Assembly (NCBI GenBank): GCA_947458265.1
Contig: CANGYF010000004.1
Span: 232,041-296,040, forward strand
Reading direction: 5' to 3'
DNA from: Betaproteobacteria bacterium
GTDB lineage: Bacteria; Pseudomonadota; Gammaproteobacteria; Burkholderiales; CAIKXV01
DNA: 64,000 bases
Positions 27,333-35,761 of this stretch are shown in pieces; positions within the stretch are counted from its first letter, which is position 1, and each line of letters begins with the position of its first letter. The position numbers and the translations under genes were made by a program. The notes beneath the pieces were generated by a model. The model was not told the DNA's origin. It ran no database searches and was given only the letters and a program-made list of their open reading frames with translations.

Positions 27333-29564
27333 GTGGCAGTCCGCTCCCGTCATCCGCTTCGCCCGACCCTGCTCGCGCTCGCGCTTTCCGGCGCCTGGTC
27401 CTTGCCGGCCGCTGCGCAGTCCCCCGCGCAATCGCCAGCGGTGCAACCCCCGGCGGCGCCAGCCGCCGCGACAACCCCTGCGCCAAGCATCGTCGCCGCA
27501 GCTGCGGCATCCGCCAGCAGGGAACTGCCTGCGATCGAGGTGGTCGGCCGCCGACAGTCGGGTGCGTACCACGCAGAAGAAGCGAGCGGGGCACGCACCG
27601 ACCTGCCGCTGCGCGAACTGCCCCAGGCGGTGCGCGTGATGTCGCGCCAGACGCTCGATGACCTCGGTGCCACCCGCATCGACGACACGCTGGACTTCGT
27701 CGGTGGCGTCTCACGGCAGAACAGCTTCGGTGGCCTGTGGGACAACATCGCGATCCGCGGGCTCGCCGGCGACATCAACAACGGCATGCCGCTGCTCTTG
27801 AACGGCTTCTCCAGCAATCGCGGCTTCAACGCGCCGCGCGACACCGCCAACGTGGAGCGCATCGAGTTCCTGAAGGGGCCGGCGGCGTCGCTGTACGGTA
27901 CCACCGAGCCGGGCGGCACGCTGAACATCGTCACAAAGCGGCCGCTCTGGAAGCCGGCACATTCCATCGAGGCCTATGTCGGCAGCTACGACTCCTACCG
28001 GACTGCCCTCGACTCGACCGGGCCGCTGGGAGAGGACGTCGCCTACCGGTTGAACGTGGCGCTGGAGGACCGGGACAGCTTCCGCGACTTCATCCAGACG
28101 CAGCGCTGGCTGGTGGCACCGGCGCTGACCTGGCGCCTGTCCGGCACGACCCGGCTCGACTACACCGGCGAGTTCCTGCGCCATCGGACGCCGCTCGACC
28201 GCGGCGTGGTGGCGGTCAACAACCGGCTGGGCGCGGTGCCTCGCTCGCGATTCCTGGGCGAGCCGGTCGACGGCGATGTGCGGATCGAGAACGACACGCA
28301 CCAGTTGGTGCTGGAGCACGACCTCAACGCCGAGTGGACCAGCCGGTTCGCCTTCGCCTACAAGCGCGGCTCGCTGCGCGGCTTCTCGAGCGAGGCCCAG
28401 CCGGCGCTGCAGCCCGACCAGCAGACGCTGCGCCGGCAGCGGCGGTTCCGCGACTACACGTCCGAGGACGTGTCCCTGCAGGGCGAGGTGATCGGACGCT
28501 TTCTCGCCGGCGGCGTGCAGCATGAACTGCTCGCGGGCATCGCCACCTACCGATTCGACATCGACCAGTTGATGCTGCGGGTGAACCCGAGCAACGCTTC
28601 GCCCTATGCCATCAACATCTTCAACCCGGTCTACGGCCAGGCCCAGCCGGCCCTGCTGCCGAACACGAACACGCGCGAGGAACAGACCAGCGTCGCGCTC
28701 TACGTGCAGGACACGATCTCGATCGGCCAGCACTGGCGGCTGCTTGCTGGCGTGCGCGTCGACAGCTACGAGCAGTCGCTGCAGAACCGGCGCACCAACG
28801 TGCGTACCGACCAGAGCCCGGGCGCGACCTCGCCGCGCATCGGCGTGAGCTACCTGCCCAACGCACAGTGGACCCTGTTCGCGAACGCCGGCAAGTCCTT
28901 CCGACCGAACACCGGTTCCAGCGCAGCCGGTACGGCGTTCAATCCGGAATCGGGCACTGCGTTCGAGGCAGGAACCAAGTGGGAGAACGCGAGCCGGTCG
29001 CTCGGTGCGACGCTGTCGCTCTATGACATCCGCAAGAAGAACGTGCTCACGGGCGATCCGGCGAACGCGGGCTTCTCGGTCGCCGCCGGCGAGGTCGGCA
29101 GCCGCGGCATGGACATGGACATGACCGGCATGCTCAGCCGGTCATGGCGTATCAACGCCAGCTTCTCTTACATCGACGCGGAAGTGTCGCGCGACAACAC
29201 CCTCGAGGTCGGATCGCGCCTGCTCAATATCCCGAAGGTGAACGGCAGCGTGCTGCTGGTGTACGAGGGGCTGCTGGGCGAGGGCGGGCGCTATGGCCTG
29301 GGTGGCGGCGTGACCTACTCCGGCAAGCGGCTGGGCCAGTCGCGCACGGCGGCCGACGCTGCCGCCGGCACGCCGGCATTCGACCTGCCGTCCTATGCCC
29401 TGGCCAAGGTCGTAGCCTACTGGCGGGTGAACCCGACGCTTCGGCTTTCGCTCGACGTCGACAACCTGTTCGACCGTACCTACTACACGAACTCCTTCCA
29501 GAGCACGTGGGTGTCGCCGGGCGTGCCGCGCACCTACACGCTTGGCGTGCAGGCGAAGTTCTGA
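27333..29564 (+). CDS. TonB-dependent outer-membrane receptor (siderophore/metallophore type)
   Basis: 743 aa. Plug motifs 'LPAIEVVG' and 'RELPQAVRVMSRQTLDDLGATRIDDTLDFVGGV', 'VERIEFLKGPAASLYGTTEPGGTLNIVTKRP', and a terminal 'YTLGVQAKF'. Confidence 0.9.
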   Translation: MAVRSRHPLRPTLLALALSGAWSLPAAAQSPAQSPAVQPPAAPAAATTPAPSIVAAAAASASRELPAIEVVGRRQSGAYHAEEASGARTDLPLRELPQAVRVMSRQTLDDLGATRIDDTLDFVGGVSRQNSFGGLWDNIAIRGLAGDINNGMPLLLNGFSSNRGFNAPRDTANVERIEFLKGPAASLYGTTEPGGTLNIVTKRPLWKPAHSIEAYVGSYDSYRTALDSTGPLGEDVAYRLNVALEDRDSFRDFIQTQRWLVAPALTWRLSGTTRLDYTGEFLRHRTPLDRGVVAVNNRLGAVPRSRFLGEPVDGDVRIENDTHQLVLEHDLNAEWTSRFAFAYKRGSLRGFSSEAQPALQPDQQTLRRQRRFRDYTSEDVSLQGEVIGRFLAGGVQHELLAGIATYRFDIDQLMLRVNPSNASPYAINIFNPVYGQAQPALLPNTNTREEQTSVALYVQDTISIGQHWRLLAGVRVDSYEQSLQNRRTNVRTDQSPGATSPRIGVSYLPNAQWTLFANAGKSFRPNTGSSAAGTAFNPESGTAFEAGTKWENASRSLGATLSLYDIRKKNVLTGDPANAGFSVAAGEVGSRGMDMDMTGMLSRSWRINASFSYIDAEVSRDNTLEVGSRLLNIPKVNGSVLLVYEGLLGEGGRYGLGGGVTYSGKRLGQSRTAADAAAGTPAFDLPSYALAKVVAYWRVNPTLRLSLDVDNLFDRTYYTNSFQSTWVSPGVPRTYTLGVQAKF

Positions 29565-30255
29565 CCGCGCCTCACAGCGCGACGGTGCTGCCGACGTAGA
29601 GGGGAACCATCGAACAGCAGCACGGTCAGCACCAGCGATGCCGCGACGGGCACTGCGCCCAGAGACTGCCAGTCAGCCAGTCGCTGACACCAGCGCGGCG
29701 AATCCCCGGTCGCAGATGGCCGGCTCGCGGGGCGAACTGCGCCTCGGAACCGGTCGTCGGCGCGAAGGACTGTCACTTCGATGCGCGGGGTCCGCTTCCT
29801 CGGTGCTGGTGGGCGGATGTCCAGGTTCAAGCATCATCGACCGGCCAGTACAACCGGGCAGATTCCTCCGGCAGCGGAAGAACTCCACTAGGATCGGGAA
29901 CCTGAACGGTCGGTCGTGACGGCCTGTCCGGGCCGATTCAAGACAGCGACTGGCTATGGGCGTGCAGGTCCATCTCGATGGCCAGAACCCCCATCGCCAA
30001 CGTTTCCAGTACTGAGGCCAGACAACTCGACCGAATTGTCTTGCAACGGACACACGAATCAGGCCCTCATGTCGGCAGTCTTGCGAATGAGACGCGCGCG
30101 ATGGTAGCCTATTTTTGGCGTCCCGAGGGACACAACGGGCGATCGCGACTCGGCATCGAATCGCTGGCGGTGACTGCCCAAGGACAACAACACACGGACG
30201 GATAGCGGCAGACCGTCACGCACCCATGCCCTGCACAGCACGGAGAGCGCACGTA

Positions 30256-31659
30256 ATGTCATCAGCAACACGATTTGGAAAGGTCTTTCTATCCGCGGTT
30301 GCGATGATCGCGTTGCACGGATGTGCGAGCGTCCCTGACCGCCGATTCCCCGATTCATTCACTTCCCGACCGCAGGTGGTGCCCGCGATCCCGGCTGCCG
30401 CAACGATTCTCGTCACCTATCCCGCAGAGGTCACCCCTGCGGCGCTGACACAGGCACAGCAGTTGTACTCGAAGGTGCAACTCGGGGGGGCCGCTCCTTC
30501 CGACCTGCTGGGGCTCTATTCCGGCCGCAACTTCTCGGCCCTGGATGACTCGATCGCGCGTACACCCTACTTTCTCTTCGAATATGTCCAGGCGCTGAGA
30601 AAAGCCGCTCCGGGTTTCAACGTCATCGTGATGCCGGCCCGGGTCGGCCTCGTCGAGGGACAACTGGTGTATCTGACCCAGGACGTCCGGGTCCCGGTTT
30701 CGCTACGCGTTGACTTCATGGTGTACGACTCGTCGCACCTGCATATAGGGCGCCCCTGGGTCGGGTCGACGCTGCCGGAGCTCACCCTGTTGCTCGAAGG
30801 CCGTACCCTCGTACCCGCGACCCGAGTACCGGACGGCCTGCTGCTGAAAAACGCAGAGCTGCCGGCGCTGCGAGCGTACACGGCCGACAACGCGCCATCG
30901 GTCTTGATGGCCCTGTTTGCGAAGGCTCGAGGCACGGAGGGCGAGCGTCATCCGTTCTCCACCGAAAGGGTCGGCCCGACACAGGGGCTCGCGCTGCCCA
31001 CGACGGAGTATGTCATCACCCCCGAGGAGCTTTCCTCCCATGTCGGCGCGCCAGCCAACGCCCGACCGCTCTTGAGCCAGCGGAAGATGGACGCCTTGGT
31101 TGGCGTGAGCCTGCAAGCCCTGGCCCAGGTCAACATGAACACGGTCGCCCTGGACAGTACGGTCGCTTACGCCCGCGTGATCGACCCTCGCCTCGACATT
31201 GCCGCCCTGCCTCCTGACGACGCTCGCCGACGTCTGGTCACCCAGTTCGCCGCCATCGAATCCGATATCCTGGCGAAGGCCAGCAATGACCTGCTCGCGA
31301 ACGCCTATGCTGGTGCCTGGGGCAATGCGTGGCGTGACCGATTCCGGAAGGAATACGAGTCGGCTACCCAGGTCAACCAGATGATGTGGAAGCAGGCGCT
31401 TGCGGGGTTCGCTTTCGCTGGACAGGCAGCCTCCCTGGCGACGCTTTCCTCCCAGTTGTCGGCGTATGCGGCCACGGCTCAGGGCGTGGATGCGCTTACC
31501 AGTTCCCTGAAGGCAAATGTCGAAAGCCTCGCGATCAGCCAATCGCAGGTAACGACGAAGATCGCGGAGCAGACGCGAACGCTCAGCGTGAAATCCATCG
31601 GCGAACTCCGGGACGAGTTCCGAGCGATCTACATCCAGCAGTTCGGTCCCATTCGTTGA
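30256..31659 (+). CDS. Hypothetical lipoprotein (467 aa), no recognisable family
   Basis: 'MSSATRFGKVFLSAVAMIALHGCAS' is a signal peptide plus lipobox. The C-terminal third is Ala/Gln/Ser-rich and helical. GC is visibly lower than the flanks (some 60-nt lines about 53-55%). Confidence 0.6.
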   Translation: MSSATRFGKVFLSAVAMIALHGCASVPDRRFPDSFTSRPQVVPAIPAAATILVTYPAEVTPAALTQAQQLYSKVQLGGAAPSDLLGLYSGRNFSALDDSIARTPYFLFEYVQALRKAAPGFNVIVMPARVGLVEGQLVYLTQDVRVPVSLRVDFMVYDSSHLHIGRPWVGSTLPELTLLLEGRTLVPATRVPDGLLLKNAELPALRAYTADNAPSVLMALFAKARGTEGERHPFSTERVGPTQGLALPTTEYVITPEELSSHVGAPANARPLLSQRKMDALVGVSLQALAQVNMNTVALDSTVAYARVIDPRLDIAALPPDDARRRLVTQFAAIESDILAKASNDLLANAYAGAWGNAWRDRFRKEYESATQVNQMMWKQALAGFAFAGQAASLATLSSQLSAYAATAQGVDALTSSLKANVESLAISQSQVTTKIAEQTRTLSVKSIGELRDEFRAIYIQQFGPIR

Positions 31660-31664
31660 AGGTC

Positions 31665-33035
31665 ATGAGCAGTCCGCGAATGACCGATCACCCGGCTGGC
31701 TTGCGCATGCACGTGGAGCGACGCGTCTGCAGGTACGCCGCGACGGCAGCCGGCGCCCTGGTACTGTGCTGCATTGCTGGTCCCATCGCTCCGGCGGCGA
31801 TCGCCGCTGCTTCGCCGGCAGCACCACCCGTCGTCGCCCCAGGCCCGGATGCGGGCAGGCAGCCGCCAGTGGATTCGCGGGCTGGACAGGTTACCGGTCA
31901 GGTTCTCCAGGTACCCAACTATCTGGTCGGCGCGGCTGCATGCGACCAGATGGCCAGAGACGCAGCCTCCTATCGCGAAGCCGGGAGGTGGCTGAAGGGA
32001 TACGACAAGTACATGGGCGCGATCGGGACCATTGCTGCCCTGCATGAAGCGTATGCGAAGGGGACGGCCGCACCAGGAGGCCTCACGGACAGTATCAATG
32101 CGGCGGGCGCCGCGCAGAACCTGGCGATGATCGTGATCGATCAGCGCATGTGCTCCGCCGCCGCCCACGTGTGTGCCCCGTGGCTGGTCGGGAGAAGTCT
32201 TGGCGAAGCTATCAACATCGTCTATCAAAATCTCGCGCCAACGGAAAGTACGCGCGGAGCGAACGCGCGCACGCTTCAGGACGCATGGACCGACGAAGTA
32301 CATGCATGGTGGTCCAGCCTGACGTTCGGAGATGCCCGGACGCAGCTCGATTCCATTCGCCATCTGTCCGAAGAGGGCATGCGCCGACGCATTGAAGCGC
32401 TGAAGCAGATCGAGTCGAAGCGGCAGGTGCTGTTAAACCAGTGGGATACTGACGCCAACCGAACGAGCTCCGATCTTCAACGGTGCGAGGCGCAGGCAGG
32501 CCAAAAGGCACAGTTTGCAGCCGATGGCTTCCTGTCGCGCATACTGGCAAACCAGCGGCAAGCGCTGGACGCGGCCAGTAGCAGCGTCGAGCGCGACCGC
32601 CGCAACTTTGCCGAGAACCCGCTGGATACAGGTGGCGCTGGCCTCGGTACCTCGGCCGTCGCTGGCGCCTGCGGCGTCACGGGTACCTGTGGCGCCCAGC
32701 CCCCTCGACCTGCCAGTGGCTCAGCCTGCCCCTCGTTACCGCAATGCAGAGCGGTCGCCTCCCGGGCGAAGTCGTTCTTGGACTCTGTATCGAGCAAGGT
32801 GGGCACGAATTCGGGCGCACAGCGTTCCGCGTCTGCCGTGGCCTGCCAGCAGATGGTGGGCGCGGAAGCCAACCGGATCTGCGCCGAGGAATTCGCTGCG
32901 GCGGGATACCCCAAGTGCGCAGCCGAGAGTGATGCCATTCACCGGAACATGCTCGCATCGGCCCGTCAGACGTGGCGCGCAGGCCAGAGCATTGCTGCCG
33001 TGCCATCAACCTGGGCGCGCGAATGCGGGTGGTAG
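31665..33035 (+). CDS. Hypothetical secreted or anchored Cys-rich protein (456 aa), no recognisable family
   Basis: The ATG lies 5 nt after the upstream stop. Hydrophobic segment 'AATAAGALVLCCIAGPIAPAAIAAA', a Pro/Ala linker, a Cys-rich mature part and a C-terminal '...WARECGW'. Confidence 0.55.
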   Translation: MSSPRMTDHPAGLRMHVERRVCRYAATAAGALVLCCIAGPIAPAAIAAASPAAPPVVAPGPDAGRQPPVDSRAGQVTGQVLQVPNYLVGAAACDQMARDAASYREAGRWLKGYDKYMGAIGTIAALHEAYAKGTAAPGGLTDSINAAGAAQNLAMIVIDQRMCSAAAHVCAPWLVGRSLGEAINIVYQNLAPTESTRGANARTLQDAWTDEVHAWWSSLTFGDARTQLDSIRHLSEEGMRRRIEALKQIESKRQVLLNQWDTDANRTSSDLQRCEAQAGQKAQFAADGFLSRILANQRQALDAASSSVERDRRNFAENPLDTGGAGLGTSAVAGACGVTGTCGAQPPRPASGSACPSLPQCRAVASRAKSFLDSVSSKVGTNSGAQRSASAVACQQMVGAEANRICAEEFAAAGYPKCAAESDAIHRNMLASARQTWRAGQSIAAVPSTWARECGW

Positions 33036-33059
33036 CGGCGCGTCGACCTCGACCACAAG

Positions 33060-33280
33060 GCGCGCGGTTCAGGAGCCGGGCACGGAAATCCGCTCAGGGG
33101 ACAGCTACGGAATCCGCCGCTCGTTAAAGTCCCCGCCTTGGGGAAAGCATCCGACAGGGCCGCGACCCGCTGCAGTTCAAGGCGACATCACCCGGCATCA
33201 GCGCCACCGGTGTCTTAACGGTAGAAACCCAGGATGTCCGCGGTGTCGTCGATGGCGCCAGGGTGGAAGGAAACCCTCAC
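33060..33280 (-). pseudogene. RelE/ParE-family toxin gene inactivated by two in-frame stops
   Basis: GTG at 33278-33280 overlaps the antitoxin stop (GTGA). It reads 'VRVSFHPGAIDDTADILGFYR*DTGGADAG*CRLELQRVAALSDAFPKAGTL..GGFRSCPLSGFPC', colinear with ParE/RelE N-terminal halves. TAA at 33215-33217 and TGA at 33188-33190. The 3' end is lost near gene 31665-33035. Confidence 0.55.
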
Positions 33281-33543
33281 TCCAGCACGGCACGCAGCCG
33301 GCCCAAGGCGTCTTCCAGAGGCACGGCCTTCACCTGCCCTGACGCCAGCTCCGCCTCGCGCCGGGCAGCGAGCGCATCCCAGGCAGCGGCCGTATCGCCT
33401 GCATCGCCGGTGTCGAGGCTGGCGACCACGCGATCCAGCAGACCCGTGCGCAGTTCGGGTGAAAGGCCCAGAACCTCTTTTGCGAGATCGTCGACGGAGC
33501 GGGGCACGGCGGGTCTCCCAGTCTGATTCGCCAAGACTGCCAT
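33277..33543 (-). CDS. Addiction-module antitoxin (TIGR02574-like 'putative addiction module component')
   Basis: 88 aa. 'LAKEVLGLSPELRTGLLDRVVASLD...AAAWDALAARREAELASGQVKAVPLEDAL' matches the conserved pattern of this antitoxin family. Confidence 0.65.
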   Translation of the reverse strand: MAVLANQTGRPAVPRSVDDLAKEVLGLSPELRTGLLDRVVASLDTGDAGDTAAAWDALAARREAELASGQVKAVPLEDALGRLRAVLE

Positions 33544-33722
33544 AACTCCCGCCCCACCACACCCACCGCGTCCAGCCCGCCACGCCGGGAGTTCCATCCC
33601 GTCCCCGGTCATTCCGGCGGGAGCCAGATCTCCGGCAAGGCGCCAGCCGCAAACGGTCACCCTACACAACCACCCCCCCACCCCCGGCCCCCACCACCAT
33701 CGCGGCTACAATCCCGCCCACC

Positions 33723-34235
33723 ATGCTTCCGCACATCCTCGGTATCGACCATGTCCTGATCCGCGCCGGCGAGGCGATGGATGCCGCCACCGACGCCTGG
33801 GCGCGGCTGGGCTTTCGCATGACCCCGCGCGGGCATCACTCCTCCGGGTCGATCAACCACCTGATCATGCTGGGGCCGGACTACCTCGAGCTGATCGGCG
33901 TGCCCGAGGGGGGTGCGGCGCGCCGCCCCGAGCTGGCGCAGCAGCCGCCCGGCCTGCACGGCATCGCGTTCGCGGCCGACAGCGCCAGCGGCGCGCACGC
34001 CGCACTGGCCCACGCGGGCTTTGCCCCGCCGCCGGTGGAAGCGCTGTCGCGCCCGGTGAACACCGCCGAGGGGCCGCGCGAGGCGCGCTTCAACCTGGTG
34101 CGGCTGCCTGCGGACACGGTGCCCTGGGGTCGGCTGCTGGTGTGCGAGCACCTCACGCGCGAGCTGGTGTGGCGCGACGGCCTGCGCAGCCACCCCAATG
34201 GCGCGCGCGAGATCACCCTCGTTGTGGAGTCCCAG
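33723..34235 (+). pseudogene. Glyoxalase-like (VOC) domain protein, 3'-truncated
   Basis: 'ILGIDHVLIRAGE...GSINHLIMLGPDYLELIGV...GLHGIAFA...VCEHLTRELVWR...HPNGAREITLVVES' is a VOC/glyoxalase-like N-terminal half. After about aa 170 the frame runs through unrelated sequence into the tRNA-Val gene (track ORF end 34352). Confidence 0.55.
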
Positions 34236-34308
34236 CAGGAGTCCCTGAGGCGTGAGCGCAAGGCTGGAAGCAAGAGGCCCATCAAGCCTATGACCCGTCT
34301 ATTGTTTT

Positions 34309-34383
34309 TGGTGGGCGGTACTGGGATCGAACCAGTGACCCCTGCCGTGTGAAGGCAGTGCTCTACCGCTGAGCTAACCGCCC
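34309..34383 (-). tRNA. tRNA-Val (anticodon CAC)
   Basis: The reverse complement, GGGCGGTTAGCTCAGCGGTAGAGCACTGCCTTCACACGGCAGGGGTCACTGGTTCGATCCCAGTACCGCCCACCA, folds as a cloverleaf. It has a 7-bp acceptor stem, anticodon loop TTCACAC and an encoded CCA. Confidence 0.9.
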
Positions 34384-34494
34384 CTTATGGGGACGCGGAT
34401 TTAAGCATGGACGAGCCGCCCGGTCAATCCGGGCAGTGCATGGCCACGCCTGGAATCATGCACACTTCGTGTCTTTCGTCCTGCGGAGCCTGCC

Positions 34495-35520
34495 GTGAAC
34501 CCTTTCCGACATCGTCTGCCTGCCCGCCGCCCGTGCGTGCGCGGTGCGTTCCTTCCTGTGGCCCTGGCCCTGGCCGTGGCTGTGCTGTCCGTGCTCGGCA
34601 TGGGTGATGCGTTGGCGCAGGCCTGGCCCGCCAAGCCGGTACGCATGATCGTGCCGTTCCCCGCGGCCGGGGCCACCGACATCGCCGCGCGGCAGGTGTC
34701 GCAGCGCCTGTCCGACGCCTGGGGCCAGCCGGTGGTGATAGAGAACCGTCCCGGGGCCGGCGGCACGCTGGGCACCGAAGTCGCCGCTCGCGCGCCCGCC
34801 GACGGGTACACGCTGATGACCGGCTCGGTCAGCACCCACACGATCGCGCCGCATCTCTACCCGAAGCTCGCCTACGACCCGCTGAAGGATTTCGTGCCGA
34901 TCACCGAGGTGGCCACCACGCCCAACGTGCTGGTGGTGAACACCGCGCTGCCGGTGCGCAACCTGCGCGAACTCGTGGCGCTCGCGCGCAAGCGCCCGAA
35001 CGAACTCACCTACGGTTCCAACGGCAGCGGGGCGAACAACCACCTCGCGGGCGAGTTGCTGCAGGCCGGGTCCGGCATCCGGCTGCAGCATGTGCCCTAC
35101 AAGGGCTCGGCCCTCGCCACCAACGATCTCCTCGGCGGCCACATCTCCTTCATGTTCGACACGCTGCTCACCGCGCTGCCGCACGTGAAGTCTGGCAAGT
35201 TGCGTGCGATCGCGCTGGCCGGCCCGCGCCGTTCGCCCTCGCTGCCCGATATCCCCACCGCCGCCGAGCAGGGCTTCCCCGATCTCGAGGTGATGGTGTG
35301 GCTGGGCATGTGGGCGCCCGCCGGCGTGCCGCCCGAGGTGGTGAAGCGCACCAACGCCGACGCGGTGGCTGCGCTGCGCACGCCGAAGCTGCAGGAGTTC
35401 TTCGCATCCCAGGGCGCCGAGGCGGTGGGCAGCACGCCCGCCCAGTTCGCCGCCCATATTCGCACCGAGCACGCGCGCTGGAAGAAGGTGATCGATACCG
35501 CGAAGGTGCGGCTGGACTGA
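34495..35520 (+). CDS. Bug/TctC-family periplasmic substrate-binding protein
   Basis: GTG start with GGAG upstream. '[23 protein letters not shown]' and '[18 protein letters not shown]'. Confidence 0.9.
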   Translation: MNPFRHRLPARRPCVRGAFLPVALALAVAVLSVLGMGDALAQAWPAKPVRMIVPFPAAGATDIAARQVSQRLSDAWGQPVVIENRPGAGGTLGTEVAARAPADGYTLMTGSVSTHTIAPHLYPKLAYDPLKDFVPITEVATTPNVLVVNTALPVRNLRELVALARKRPNELTYGSNGSGANNHLAGELLQAGSGIRLQHVPYKGSALATNDLLGGHISFMFDTLLTALPHVKSGKLRAIALAGPRRSPSLPDIPTAAEQGFPDLEVMVWLGMWAPAGVPPEVVKRTNADAVAALRTPKLQEFFASQGAEAVGSTPAQFAAHIRTEHARWKKVIDTAKVRLD

Positions 35521-35761
35521 GCGTCTCGGTCCCCGCCGGCGAGGGCCGGGGCAGGGCGGGCCCGGCTGCTTCGGGCGGACTCCCGGCGCCTCGCCTTGGG
35601 CTTCGCCCAGTCGGGGGGGCGCTGGCTGCATCGGTTGGCCCGGTGGCTGGTCGCGCCGCGGTTGGGGTATAAAGTCTGCCGCCGCTCCCGTATGCCCGGT
35701 CTCGCCCGGCCGCGCGGCCGTCACCCCCGCGCGCTGTTCCGCCTTCTTCGCCAGAGTCGAC

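Noticed and set aside
29534-29830. 98-aa minus-strand ORF with one hydrophobic helix ('LGAVPVAASLVLTVLLF') just downstream of the TonB receptor. I considered it as a possible small membrane or PepSY-like partner.
   Set aside because: It overlaps the receptor's 3' end, the rest of it is Arg/Pro-rich, and it has no recognisable motif or Shine-Dalgarno. It is more likely non-coding islet-edge sequence.
33671-33700. C-rich tract (caccccccca cccccggccc ccaccaccat) considered as a phase-variable homopolymer.
   Set aside because: The longest run is only C7, and it lies upstream of a truncated gene. There is no evidence of length polymorphism from a single sequence.
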